Shown here piece after piece: positions 31,440 through 45,000 of a stretch of DNA of 53,449 nt; positions within the stretch are counted from its first letter, which is position 1, and every line of letters starts with the position of its first letter. Under the pieces are notes generated by a model. The model was not told the DNA's origin. It ran no database searches and was given only the letters and a program-made list of their open reading frames with translations. A program made the translations under genes and the position numbers. Location: positions 1-53,449 of the forward strand of contig JAUCBJ010005628.1 of assembly GCA_032718475.1 (NCBI GenBank), written 5' to 3'. Source of the stretch: Nemertoderma westbladi (lineage: Eukaryota; Animalia; Xenacoelomorpha).

Positions 31440-33912
31440 TTTTTAAGAATGCTGTGCCGGCTTGTCAACAAAATTGCACCGCCACAACTCCCTATCACCC
31501 ATGACATTTGCTAGATCATCCGCATCTTTAAGGCCAGTGTCCTTTAAGATGCGTCTCAAGAAAGTCATGGGCTGTCCACCATGCTTATTCACTCCATGAG
31601 GCTGCCAAAGTACAAGATTATGCACTGGCTGGTCCTCACGGCGAAAGCAATGTCCTGCAAAGCGGAGGCGATTTTGTTCTAGTGTCAAGCTTGGGGGAAC
31701 CAATGATACACCTCCAATGTTATATAGTGTCTGGTTGGAGATGTGTGCATTGTACTTGACACAATGAACCCGGCGTAGCATTCTTGTGAATGTGCCATCC
31801 AGAGATTTGGTGTCCTCAGCAGTTAGAGCCCAGCATGGACTCCCGTAGAGGAGTACTGGAACTACTGCTGCTCTAAATAATCGGACCTTAAGTTTCCGAT
31901 TAATTCTCGGTGACTTCCTCTGGAAAGCCTATTCAAGGCTGCCCATGCCTTTCCCTTACGTATTCGAAGGTCCTCACCTGACTTCCGGATCCATGATCCC
32001 AGGTAACAGAAGTCGTCCACATGCTCAAGCATACCATCCTTTGAGCTTATGCTCATCCGATCAGAGACTTGCTGAGGACTTTCAAAGTTAACTGTCAGAA
32101 TTTTGGTCTTTCTGGAGTTAATAAAAAGACCAACACTAGAAGCAGCATGTTCTAATGAGCTGAGGAGCCGTTGGGCTCCCTCTAATGATTCTGAGAGTAC
32201 TCCTAAGTCATCAGCAATGTCTAGATCAGTTACTTACTTGGCAGGATTTCCTCGACTTCTGGAGCCAGTAGGTGGAGTTATCATCACCCCATCATCATTA
32301 TAATGATCTAAGGACATGCGTAGAACATAGTCAACCACAATAATGGACAAGAAGGGTGCAAGTGTGTCTCCTTGGAGGACGCCCCATAACACTTCAAATG
32401 GTTCTGTGTCACCGTCAACAGTAGACACAAATGTTGTCGAACCATCGTATACTGATCTGATTGCTGCAATAATTTCATCAGGAATTCCATATAATGAAAG
32501 TATGCTGAACATACGTGAGCGAGAGACTGAATCAAAGGCCTTTAAGAAGTCAACAAAGATAACAGCCAGATGCCTGTCTTTCTTTTTTGATAACTCTTCA
32601 ATTATCCTTCTAAGTGCCAAAATGGGCTCCATGGTCCCACGACCTTTACGGAACCCATTCTGATTTCCACGGAGCAGTCTCTCAATGGGATCCCTGATGC
32701 GATTTAATAGAATCCTATTGTATAGCTTTGCAGCAATCGAGATCAATGAGATTCCCAGAAAAGAACCATAGAGTGTTAGGTTGCCCTTCTTGGGAACTGG
32801 CACCAACTTATTTGTTTTCATTTCTTGTGGGACTCTTGTTGTTCGGTACATGTCTACTATGATGGGATAGATGAGCTTTAAACACTCAGGTATTTTAAAG
32901 ACCTCAGGGGGAACACCATCTACTCCACTGGCACGATTGGTCTTAATGCTCTTTGCAGCAGCCTTCACTTCTGCAAAGGAGATATCGCCAATGGGAATAT
33001 CTGGGAGTACAGACTCAGACACTTTTACTTCTATAAAGTTATCAGGCAATACCCTACCCTGTCATTATTGAGGAGCTTTTCAAAGTGGGCTTTCCAACCA
33101 TTGAGGCGATCGGCTGGTGATTCAGCCTTAACCTTGGTGGTTGGTTGGCTTTTCCGCCCAGTAAGCAGATTGATCGATTTCCATGCCTGGGACGATTGCC
33201 TGCTGTCGTCAGCATCATTGATGGCATCAACCTGTTGGTTTATTAGCTCCTGTAGATTAGCAGAGTACTGCCTGTTCAGGGACTTAGATGCAGCCTTAAC
33301 TGCATTCTTGGCCGCTGTAGTCTGTTTGAGTCGGGACTCTTTCTGCGCCTTATGAAGGTCATTTCGGCACTTCTGAATTTTGTTGTCAGTCCAGGGGGCC
33401 CTTTTCCTGTTTCGAGGGTATACAGGAACTGTTTCTGCAGCTGCTAACTTAACTGCTTCTGTAAAGGCAGTATAGCCCTCACAGTGATCTGCCGCCTCAG
33501 AGGCAAGAGCCTCATACCTGTTGCTCAGCTGTAGTGTGAAGCTGGATCTCACACTTGGCTGTTGCAACAGAGAGGACCAGTCATGCCGCGGCAAGGCAGA
33601 TTTCGTTGTTCTGCTAGCACGCAGACTAAGTCTTACCTTGGCCACAATAAGGCGGTGATCACTGGAGAAGGGTCGAAGTGTAAATGCATTACAGTCTTGT
33701 ATAGAGCTCCTGTATTTCCTACGAAACAGAATATGGTCTATCTGGGACTTGTGACCACTGGGTCCACTATGAGTCCATAGCTTTCCAGTTCGCTTCTTAA
33801 ACTGGGTTCCAGCCGAAAACAATCCATTTCCAGAGATAAAATCCTGAAGATGGACAGAATTTCGGTTAACACTATTGCTATAGACCATTATTGCTATTGT
33901 ATAACGGCTCAC
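31440..33912 (-). mobile_element. RTE-clade non-LTR retrotransposon, 5'-truncated and frameshifted
   Basis: APE C-terminus (SQIDHIL, SSDHRL); RT motifs ASGVDG, GISLISIAAKLYNRIL, QNGFR, FVDFLKAFDSV, GVLQGDTLAPFL, DIADD, YLGSWI; RLRFAGHCFR. Confidence 0.92.
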
Positions 33913-34759
33913 TGCACATTTTAATTATACTTTAGAAGGCACTTTACATTGATAATTTTTTATGAGCGATTCTGTGTTGTTCAGAATGTATCACATGTAT
34001 CACATGAATGTATCACATCCATTACGATGTAACTTCAGTAGAGGCACTCAATAACAGAAAACAAAAAATTATTTTAATTTGGGCCACCTCTGCATATCAT
34101 TTAATGCCTTTTTTTGGGCTTCAAAATTTTTTGCTCCAAAATGGGTTTTTTGATTTTAGGATACAAGTTCACGGTGAATGTTAGAGAATCTCGTCTCTTA
34201 ACCAGTGTATAAAGTGAAAGTTAATCAAAATGCATCAATGTTGTCCTGAAACTGCTATAAACACTTTGGTAAAGAAGAAAATTTCCGAACTTCTCCTGCA
34301 GTCCGTCAGCCCGGCCCTAGTAACCGCCTTAGCAACAGATTTATGAAATTAAAATTACTAATTTCTTTGTCTCACCTTTCCTTTTCCTGAGAAAATCAAC
34401 AAACAGTTTAAAAAATTAAAACACCCATCACACAACTTAAATAACATCTTGGGAACACATCAAGGCCAAAATAAAATTAAAAGGCGTCTAATGTCGCAGA
34501 TACATGCTCATTATTTGGACCAGAGTAATTTATACAAGTATCAAAGTATTAAGTTTAAGTGGAGAATTCGTGTACCTTTACTCAACTATTTGCTCCCATA
34601 TTTGTAATTATTTAAAAACATCACTACAGCTCAGTAGCATGGTGATACTTACCGTCATATTGTAGACATTCTAGTGATATTTACAGTCCACGTTACCATA
34701 GCAACATACAAAATAAGACAATTTAATAAGAATTTCTAAACTAAATCGTCAACTGAATA

Positions 34760-35694
34760 AATCATTGAGGGCTATAGCGCCTAGGGCACCATTGAAGGCA
34801 AAGGCTTGATGCGCATCTGCAATAGAGATGATACACGCCCCGCTCTGTCTATACTGGATACCTAACCCAGGAGGCACACTTGTTTCAGGGTGTAACAAAA
34901 GGACCCCTACAATCGGCAACAGGGCTGTAGGCCATGGATAGGCGGAAGGTAATCAACCAATGGCTAGACATGCTGACAAGGTCGGCGGAAGGTAATCAAC
35001 CAACGGCGACCTACTGCGAAGACGCTTGTAGGAGTTGCGACCACAAGCGGTTTACTCTCGCAACTGAAAGATATGAGTATGAGAAACCTCCAGGAGAAAT
35101 ACCGGCTCGGTCATCGCCCGGGTCAACAAGGACCGCGTCCCTCAGTGGTACACCAGGCTGGGGTCGATAAATTGGCTACTGGAACAGAAGACAGAGAAGA
35201 AAGAAGAACCAACCTACCTGCCAACCTGTTGAAATGTAAAACGACACTAAAGATTGCTACAATCAACACACGCACGCTGAAAGCACATAGCAAACAGGGT
35301 GACATGGTTGCTCTGGCAATGGAATATAACATCGACATCATCTGCATCCAAGAACATCGGATTTGTCATGAAGACACTGCCATGAAGTACAATGACATTG
35401 GAAATGGATGGACGTTAGTAACAAGCTCAGCAGTAAGAAACTCGGCCAATGCATCAATTGGCGGAGTAGGAATTCTGCTAAGCCCATTTGCACTTAAGAC
35501 CACCCTAAACAACATCGAATCTATAAATTCCAGGGTTATGATCGCAACATTTGATGGGAATCCCAAGACAACAGTTATATGTTGCTACAGTCCAACCAAT
35601 GCCTCAGAGCCAGAACAAGCAGTCAAGTTTTATGAAGATCTGACTGGACTTATAAAGGACATTCCGAAACACAATGTTAAAGTCATTTCTGGTG
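34760..35694 (+). mobile_element. RTE-clade LINE 5' portion (UTR + APE endonuclease N-half)
   Basis: IATINTRTL, ICIQEHR, GGVGILL, CYSPTN, ISGD motifs; similarity to RTE ends at ISGD. Confidence 0.85.
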
Positions 35695-36050
35695 ACCGAA
35701 AATTAGAAACAGACTTTGACATAAACGGCGCCACTGAGCTACTGACTAGCACTATAACCGACGCAACTACCTCTGAAAACTCTAGAACTAATGGAAGGCG
35801 TTGGTATGACAACGAATGTAAACAAATGAAGCAACAACTTCAATCTGCTATGACCCACCGTGAAAACTCTCCCGCAGACACTGTGACATACTGGAACCAC
35901 CGCAGACAATACAAAAAACTTATTAAACAAAAACGGGAAGAGTTTGAAGAAGCATCACTTATTAATCTCATCGAATGCACGGAAATTAAACCCTGGACCT
36001 TATTTGAAAAACCAAAACCTAGCATCGCCCCTATCAACCTTGCAACTTTC
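35695..36050 (+). mobile_element. LINE ORF2 linker fragment of different origin fused in frame
   Basis: RRWYDNECKQMK...YKKLIKQKREEF is the APE-RT linker pattern of CR1/L2-like elements; the APE C-half is missing. Confidence 0.5.
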
Positions 36051-37956
36051 ATATTTGGTGCGAACAAGGGCGGCCTAGGTTTGGGCTTGTATGGGAGGTA
36101 AAGAAAAAAACGGCCGCGCAATTTAAATTGGCTCTCCGAAATTGCAAACGGGAGGAAGGTGCTTTGCGAGCAGATCGCCTAGCGGCTTCTTTTATTAATT
36201 CAAGAAATGATTTTTGGAGTTCAATAAAAAAAGCAACAACTACTAAAATTGGTTTAGCAATCTCTGTCGGCTCCGCCCACACTGAGGAAGAAATCGCCGA
36301 TTTATTCAAATCTAATTATTATGATATTTTTAATTCAGTCCCTGTATCTGAAATTGACTCTACTTTTGTGCAGTGTAAGTTTTCTGAATGGGACGGCTCC
36401 AATAATGTCCATATTTCTGCTGATAAGGTGAAAGATGCCATCAACGGTCTGCAGTGTGGAAAGGCTGCCGGGCCTGATGGCATCTTCCCTGAAAGTTATA
36501 TTTTTGGCGGTAACCTTTTGCCAGTAATTTTGTGTTTATTGTTCAATTCATTTATAACTCATGGGTTTTTGCCTCAATCGTTAATTAATTCTAGTTTGTT
36601 GCCTATTATCAAAGATAAAAACGCTAGTATGAGTGAACGTTTGAATTACCGACCCATAGCCAAAGCTACAGCTGGCTCTAAGGTTTTGGAAACGTGTTTG
36701 CTTCGGCTCGTTGCCATGCATTCCAATATATCTGACAACCAGTTTGGTTTTGCAGAGGGCCTAGGTACAGAAATGTGTATTTTTGCCTTAAAACAAACAA
36801 TTCACTTATATATTAGTAAAGACTCACCTGTGTATACTGCCTTCTTAGACGCCTCGAAAGCGTTTGACCGCGTCAATCATAGTAAACTTTTTCGAAAGCT
36901 AATTGAACTTGGTGTATCTATTGGTATTGTAAGACTCTTGGCCTTTTGGTATTCCCATCAACTAATTTATATTAGCTGGGGTTCTGCTTCTTCCGGTGCA
37001 TTTTTGGTTTCAAATGGTGTCCGTCAAGGAAGTTTGCTCAGCCCCCTCTTATTTAACATTTATATGAATGACTTAAGTGTAGAACTCAACAAATCTAATG
37101 TTGGTTGTAAAGTTGGAAAGAGTCTTTTAAATCACTTATTTTACGCAGATGACCTGTGTTTACTGTCGCCGAGTATTTTTGGGTTACGTGCACTAGTCAA
37201 GATATGTGAGCGTTACGGCGCTAAATTTGATATTTTGTTCAATCCACTCAAATCACACTGTTTGTATTTTATGCCCTATCGTTTTCACCGTGCAGGCGAC
37301 ATCTATCTCAATGGAAAACCGTTAGACTGTGTTAAGCAGGTTTCTTACTTGGGACACATTATAAGCTGTGACCTTTCTGATGAAGCAGACATAAATAAAA
37401 TTAAATCTTCTTTATTTTGTCGAGGTAATTTGTTAGTTAGAAATTTCTCTCGGTGTTCTCTTGGTGTTAAACTATGTTTGTTCAAAACTTATTGCTACAG
37501 TTTATATTGCAGCTCTTTGTGGTCTATTTTCCGTGTTCAAACTTTGCGACAAGTGAAAGTAGCCTATAACATGTGTTTTCGTCTGTTGTTTAAATACTCC
37601 CGCAGTGACGATGCAGACACAATTTTTGTTAATAATAGAGTAAATACCTTTAAGGCCATTATGCGCAAATCTATATTTTCCTTGTTAAATAGAGTAAATA
37701 ACTCAGGTAATACGCTAATTGGTGCTATTATAACTAATTTTTCAGTGAACTCTGTTCTGATTGATCGGTGGCACAAGGTGCTTGATCCAAGTTTAACGTA
37801 ATTATCGTATTCGGAATACATTGTTAAATTTCCTTTATTTTCGTATTTGGTGTAATTCTACTTTAATGTGCTGTATTTCTCAAATTTAGTTTAGTTAGTT
37901 CTGCCTTGTATGTACAATGGATCGTTTGTGTCCGAGATTATAAATAAATAATAATA
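36050..37956 (+). mobile_element. 5'-truncated CR1/L2-group LINE with an open 557-aa RT ORF (36128-37801) and (TAA)-rich tail
   Basis: KAAGPDG, NYRPI, QFGF, FLDASKAFDRV, GVRQGSLLSPLLFNIY, YADD, YLG; tail TAAATAAATAATAATA at ~37941-37956. Confidence 0.9.
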
Positions 37957-38960
37957 CCAGAGGTAATTGTTGCTGGCATTGGATTGTCATATTGTGACAC
38001 AGAAGCGCAGGTACTCTCACCAGATGGTGAAACTGAGTTTTTCTCAATCCTGGCTGGGGTACTGCAAGGTGACACATCAGCACCATTACTATTTGTAATT
38101 GTGTTGGAATACGCAATGAGGACAGTCACAAAGGGTGAAGACCTGGGATTCACACTTCAAGAACGCAGAAGTAGTAGATATCCGGCAACTACAGTCACAG
38201 ACACCGACTTTGCGGATGACATCGCCCTGCTCTCTAATACCCTAGCAGATGCACAGCTTCTACTATATAAAGTGGAGAGGGCTGCTAAGGAGGTTGGATT
38301 GCATATAAATGCTACCAAGACCGAATTCATGACCTTTAATGTTGATGGAAACTTGACAACCATTGACAATAATCAACTAAGGAAGGTTGACGACTTCCAG
38401 TACCTTGGATCATGGATAGAGAGTAGCAAAAAGGACATAGAAGTTAGGAAAGCAAATGCTTGGGTAGCTCTATCAAAAATGGATACCATCTGGAAATCAG
38501 ATCTCTCCAGGCACCTGAAGACTAAGTTCTTTCGAGCCACAGTGGAAAGTGTATTTTTATACGGGGGTGAGACCTGGACACTGACTAAATCACTTGAACA
38601 ACGAATTGATGGTTGCTACACAAGACTACTAAGGGCAGCCCTAAACATCAGCTGGATACAACACATGACAAACGCCGAGCTTTATGGTACAATACCACCT
38701 GTATCAACCACTCTCTGTGAACGCAGATTAAGATTCAGTGGGCACTGCTGGCGAAGTAAAGACGAGTTCATACCAGATCTACTTTTCTGGCAACCAACTC
38801 ATGGAAAGCGTAGTCGTGGACGACCGGCCATAACATATATAGATCAACTTGAAAGGGATACTGAACTTGGGAGAAACGAAATTGCGGCAACTATGGAGAA
38901 TCGGGAAGCCTGGAAGGATCTCATTTCCACTGTCCGAGTTCGCTCTACCTAGTAGTTTTA
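37957..38960 (+). mobile_element. RTE-clade LINE 3' portion (RT C-half)
   Basis: GVLQGDTSAPLLF, DFADD, YLGSWI, YGGETW, RRLRFSGHCWR, RGRP. Confidence 0.9.
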
Positions 38961-39232
38961 AGATAAGAATTTAATTTACAGTTTACAATAATGCAGTTTT
39001 CCTTAGTACAGTATACCTTACCAAAGTTTTGAGAGATTAAATGTGACACACGTCGCATAGCTATAACCTTCGACTGTTAGTCAACAACCTAGTGGTATAT
39101 TGTTTAATGTAAATATGTATTTTAAAGTATCTCGGGCGTTGGGACTTACAGTTAATAGTTAACTCACTCTACATTCTGCTAAGATATTAGTTTTGCAACA
39201 GGCAGGTACATCACACTATGCACCGTCGAGAC

Positions 39233-39380
39233 AGGGGGACACAAATCCCATTTCGGCGAATTAATATTTTGTCTCAATGTTAAATTATCAATTTAGGGAA
39301 AGGAGCAGTTTTCGATTTTCCCCTGGAGAGGGATGGATTTTGATTGCGTCAAAAGTCCCCCCACCCCCCCCCCCCCTCTG
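39233..39380. mobile_element. Degenerate copy of the 29155-29408 MITE family
   Basis: CAAATCCCAT...GGCGAATTAATAT...GGGAAAGGAGCAG...TTTCCCCTGGAGAGGGATG...TTGCGTC..AGTCCCCCC shared. Confidence 0.7.
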
Positions 39381-39519
39381 GCACCATAAATATCGACCTA
39401 CCTAACAGTAATGTTTCTTTCACTTTGAGAATGATTTTCACTATCACTTGCATCTGCCTATTGTTATTATGACTTGATGGAAATGGATGGTGACGAACAT
39501 ATTCCTACATGATGCGACT

Positions 39520-39700
39520 AAGATGCGTCTCAAGAAAGTCATGGGAGGTCAACCATACATATTCACTTCATGAAGTTGCCAAAGCACAAGATTATAACAA
39601 GATTATACGCTGGTTAGTCCTCACGCCCAAAGCATTGGTCTGCTATCAAGTGTCTAGCTAGGGGAGACTAAGACAGCTACAATGTTGTATAGTGTACTGT
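39520..39700 (-). mobile_element. RTE 3'-end fragment
   Basis: AAGATGCGTCTCAAGAAAGTCATGGG...ATTCACT.CATGA.G.TGCCAAAG.ACAAGATTAT matches 31546-31621. Confidence 0.75.
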
Positions 39701-39966
39701 ATAGTATAGCAATGCTCTATGTGGTAATTATTTGGAGATATACTGTAGGTCCTGTTTGTGTTTAGCCAGTCATCAGTCTGATGTCTCCTTCTGCATTGCA
39801 TACCGGTACCGGTGTTTCATACTTTTGTGTTTTGTAGTTTTACCAGTTTGTTTAAGTAATCAGGCCCTGACGATACCCCAACGGGGAGAAATATATAGGC
39901 CGTTGTTTAATTATCTTTTAATTGTCTTTCGGGGCTATAAAACTCCTGTTCCACCAACCCTTTGTA

Positions 39967-41258
39967 AAAGATAAAATGGCGATGGCCGTTTATCTATCTT
40001 ACTACCAATCATTGCCATTGTTAGACAGAAAGGCTTTGCCGGGAATTGATAAATTTCCAGGTTCATTCGCCTTCCCATTGGCAGAGAACTTGTTAGGGAA
40101 CCTTGATGTATTATTTACTCGAAGAAGCGACCAAAAAGATATTCATCCCACAGGCGCTTATTTGCCTCCGAATAAAGAAATGAAAGTGACGATACTGCAA
40201 CCAGAAAGTGTGGACGAATTGGGTTGGTTTTCTGTAATAGTCGGAGCTCATGGGTGCGACTTATCCAACTTAGCATCATGGAAGAGAATCTCCATATTAT
40301 AACGTCAGCCTCAAAAATCCCGAGTTTAAATGGAACAGCACCAAAGAACAACCGGTCTTGGGTTGTGGTCGGATTTGTGTGGAAAGCACATATTATTCAC
40401 AGTACCAGCTTCTTTTGCATTGCAAATTAACATCCCTAAAATAATTGTAGACTTTTGGGATAATGTGGTGGAAGAGATCAATAAACTAGCAGATAATGAT
40501 GTTATTACAATGCGGAAACAATGGGTGGTTGCTGATGTTCAGCTTTGTGTTGGATGGATGCATGCTGGATACCCTATAGCCACTCATCTTCCAATCACAG
40601 ATCCAACTCATAGGTGTTATGCTTTCGATAAAGATAAGTTGCAGTAATTTGGCGCCTGGGGTTTATACCACCAACTGGGCCACAACATGCAAAACAAAGC
40701 GTGGACCTTTGCGAGTGTGCGCGAAGTAACATGCAACATATTTGCGCTTTATTTGATGGATGTCATCAATAAGGTACAGTACCACCGATGGAAAATCCGC
40801 ATCTTCAGAAAAAGGACAATGATGTGAGCAAATATCTGGAGGATATGTCCCTAAAATACAATGACATGGCTAAAGAATCCGCATTTTGTGGTCTTTATCT
40901 GTACGCGCAGCTCACCCAATATTTTGGGTGGCAGTCCTATACAAAGGTATTCAAGGAGTATAAGTCGCAATACAATTCTTTTAGCGGAGGGCTGAAAACA
41001 GAGAAAACTAAACAAGACACCTGGGTCGTAAATTTTTCTAAGGCAGTGAAGCACAATCTTGTACCATTATTTGAATTTTGGGGCTGGGAAGTAGGTACGA
41101 AAGTTAATCAAAGTCTAATCAAACTTCCTTTATATATACCAAACGATGAGGTAATTGGAATGGGGAGTGAGCGTCTGGAGATGGTTATGGAGAAATATCC
41201 GGGAACAACACGAACAATATCAGTTCCTGCACCAAAAAAAGTATTCTACAGAGTCTAG
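39967..41258 (+). pseudogene. TCAF/M60-like peptidase pseudogene (5'-truncated duplicate)
   Basis: Near-identical to 21239-22663, with a 140-bp deletion (21560-21699 missing), frameshifts, GAA->TAA stop at 40645-40647, and HELGH changed to HQLGH. Confidence 0.92.
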
Positions 41259-41597
41259 TTGGTGCTGTGTCGGCGGAGGACAATCCCTTACCAGTAACAA
41301 TTGATTGTTATAAATATTAGTCAAATTGTTTGGGAAATTTTAATTATTAATATAGACTGGCATCGTCATCCCATTAGTTCAACTGCTTGTGGAAAATAGT
41401 TTCTTGAACTCAGGAACAAGACAGATTATTGCATAAAATACTGCACCTCTAGAACATCATAAAGTTGACTTAAAACAAAAAAAAGTTGATGTATGTGTGG
41501 CATAACTATTTCAGCGATATACACCCTAGTGTATTTATTTATGTATTGAGTAAGCGCAGTGAGGGAAGTTTACATAAATAGATAACATATAATATTT

Positions 41598-41880
41598 GAC
41601 GTAGTGGTTAAATCCTTTGCATTGAATTTAATCTCCCTGGAGGTCGTGGGTTCGATCCCAGTACGGGATCCAGGGATGTTTTCATTTCTGCACAAATGCT
41701 TTAAAGGGACTAGCCACTAGCCAGGGCACATCTCTGACTTGCATCCTTGAGTGGTACAGTAGCTAAATGAGTACTGGAGTTTCCTCTGGGGAGTATTAAT
41801 AGTTCTGGGGGGACCATATTGGAAATAAGTCGTAAGACTTTGTGCACAATCCCTGGCCTAATGAACAGAAGAACAATTTA
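41598..41880 (+). mobile_element. tRNA-derived SINE, duplicate copy
   Basis: Same A/B boxes (GTAGTGGTTAA, GGTTCGATCCC) and body as 23003-23270. Confidence 0.7.
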
Positions 41881-42007
41881 CTTTCTTTTAAATTACTTAA
41901 ATAAAATGACCAAGGTTCATTCATAAAAGATGTCTGATGCCCATTTCAGGCAATGATATACCTAGGCAGGCTATTTTGTAATATTATATCAACGTATCGG
42001 TGTTCTG

Positions 42008-42009
<2 letters not shown>

Positions 42010-42038
<29 letters not shown>

Positions 42039-45000
42039 ATACATGAGCCGAGGCTCGGTACAGCGTACGTACAACAACAAAAGAAAAACACAAAAAAAGA
42101 AGAAGCACAATAATGGACATGGACACTAAAACTAAAAGTATTAAATTGAATACAAACAGAAGAAAGTCATATAGTAACGAAAGGAGTAACCAGTTCTAAG
42201 CACTTGACACAACTGAATCCCGGTACTACATAGTCATTAATAAGAATGTTGGATAACTCCTTACATCAATTTATCGCTATAACACTACCAACAGGAGCTG
42301 GTGCATAATGTATTAATCTTTTTACAGTACCCGGATTCAGCTTATTTATTGGTATACCGCATTCATTGCTTGTTAACCTAAGATTATTACCACTTCTACT
42401 TCTATAATCATGAAATAATAACCTGCTTAGAAAACGGACACATAGTTTACTAGAGTTCATTACCCCCAACGCAAAGCCAACTAAACGGCTCCATAACATA
42501 ACTTTAGGATGTATAAAATACACCAATCCTTCTACAATATAACGGTGACTATTATAAGGTAAGTTACAAATACGCCTAACATTAATGTTCCACGCAGTAT
42601 ATATTTTATTAACACTAAAAGAAGAAAGGTTCCAGATGGGACTACCATAGAAAGAAGTTGTATATAACCTTTGAATATTACATAAAATACTAGGAGCAAA
42701 ATGAAATTCTTGTCTGAGTTTAGCTAATTTGGAAATAAATTCCGCTCTCTTACGAAGTACATTATTACTATTTATTAAACACTTGTAATCTAACGTAACA
42801 CCTAAATGTGTCGCCTGTTGCACCCATTTGCACTTAACTTGATTACTGTCCGTACTTAAACGTAAGTTAAATTCTTAACAAAAAATATCATATATATTTA
42901 CCATATATTGTAGACCTATTACAGACGGACGTAGAAATAAAACATCATCGGCATACGCTAAGCATCCAAAATAATGAGAGCCTATATAACACCCAACCTT
43001 AGACAATTTTAGTCTATTTATTAAAATATTTAACACTATACAGAAAAGCACAGGTAAACTATAGAGCCTTGTCTAACTCTATTACGAACATTAAATTTCA
43101 CTGAATATGAGTTATTCCACCTAACATAACATTCCTGAACACGATAAATAAACAGTAAGCACCTTAGAAAAAACGGAGAAAATCCTTTTTTTAAAAATTT
43201 TAGAAACAATTTAGTTACAATTCCACAAGATCAAAAGCCTTAGTGAAATCCAATAGACAACCGTACACGGGTGTGTTAGTTCTAGAGTAATAACTAATCA
43301 CCTCCTTAGCCACCCATGTACATTACACCGTACTACTATTTTTACGAAAACTAAACTGCAGGTCATCCAACTTTTTAATTTATCCCCTTCTGAAATAAAC
43401 ATAACCCATTCAAAGACCTTTAATAACAGTGAGGCGATTGCAATGCACTGATGTCACCTAATTTATTTTTCACAATAGGTACAAAAGCTACAGATAAAAA
43501 AACATCGGGAAATAATTCCATGCACCAAAAAAGAACTAAACAGAGCTGCAATATGTTTTTCTAGAATATCACCGCCATTAATTAAAGCGTCAGAATCAAA
43601 TAAACAATTTACGTCTCTCTTACTCGATTTTAGGTGGTTAAGGGCCTCGTGTACTGCACTTGGTGTAATAATATTAGAATTTTTAAAAGTTAAATTATTA
43701 GCATTATAGCTTCTGCAATTTTACATTCTATATCACTTAAATCTGAATCCACATTTTGATTATATATCTTTTTATATATGGTGGCAAATTTTCCGGCGAT
43801 TTCAATCTCTACAGAACAACCATCTATCACCTGAGTTTGTACATTTACACCTCCCCGTAATTTACGTATCTCATGAAAAAGGTCAATATTTCCGTTTAAA
43901 GAGGCCTGCAAATGATTGTGCCATTTCACACTGTCTTGTTGTTGTTTCAATCGCTGTGCAGCATATTTGTACTGGGCTCAAGCCCTTACCCTGAGATTGA
44001 AAAGGTTCCCCTGAGATGCATTTGGTCTGCCTGCAGAGTGCCAAACCAAATACCAAAAAGTTGCCTCCTCTTTAAACGGTTTTACATGCACATTCCATCC
44101 CGGAATAATTTCCCCGTTAGAATCATTGATATTACATTGACCCGACGTACTAGGTAGAAATTTAGAAGCGGTATCTAAAAAATTAACTGCATATTGCACA
44201 ATTTCAACTCTATGAATATTAGAGGTACAATTAACATCATCACAATCAGACGAAATACCAACATCAGGTAAATCATCCAATAACTCTTTCGGTTTATTTT
44301 TAAACATTAATTTCTGCTCCGCTGTTGCGCGGTTAGAAATATTGCTACACTACGAGGTAGTTTATGTTCAGACATACTGCTGTCCATTGCACCAACATTT
44401 AATTTAAAGTAAATAGGGATATGACCGGATAAATTAGCACCAGAGCTTATAATATCAGATTCACAATATAAATCTAACAGTCGTTCGTTTAAAAAGAAAT
44501 GATCGATTGTGGAATTAAAAGTTCCGTTAGCTGTATACTGTACATATGTATATTGTATAGTCAACTGGAGCATATTCCCATAACACATGAGGATCTAAAC
44601 TCTCTAAAAATTCCCGTAACAATCTTACATGAAATGAACTTCTTGAAAAATCAGCATTAAAATCCCCACATATACATATATTTATATTCCTACTTTCGGA
44701 ATATACATCTTTAATATCATTTAAAAGTGTTACTGTATCATCCAACACATGAATATTCGATTGATCATCCATCGGAAAATAAACATTTACTAATAATTTA
44801 TTTAATCCAGGCAAACAAATTTTAATCGCTTGTAACCTGTTGTCCATGGAAGACTTAAAATTTACAACTGAAATATACTTAGATAAACTCTTCTTCCACA
44901 ATATAAAAAGTCCACCACTAGGGCGACCCGTATGAAACTCATCCGGGTTGATATATTTAGCAGGAATAAAAATATAGTTACAATTGGGAAATAAATCTTT

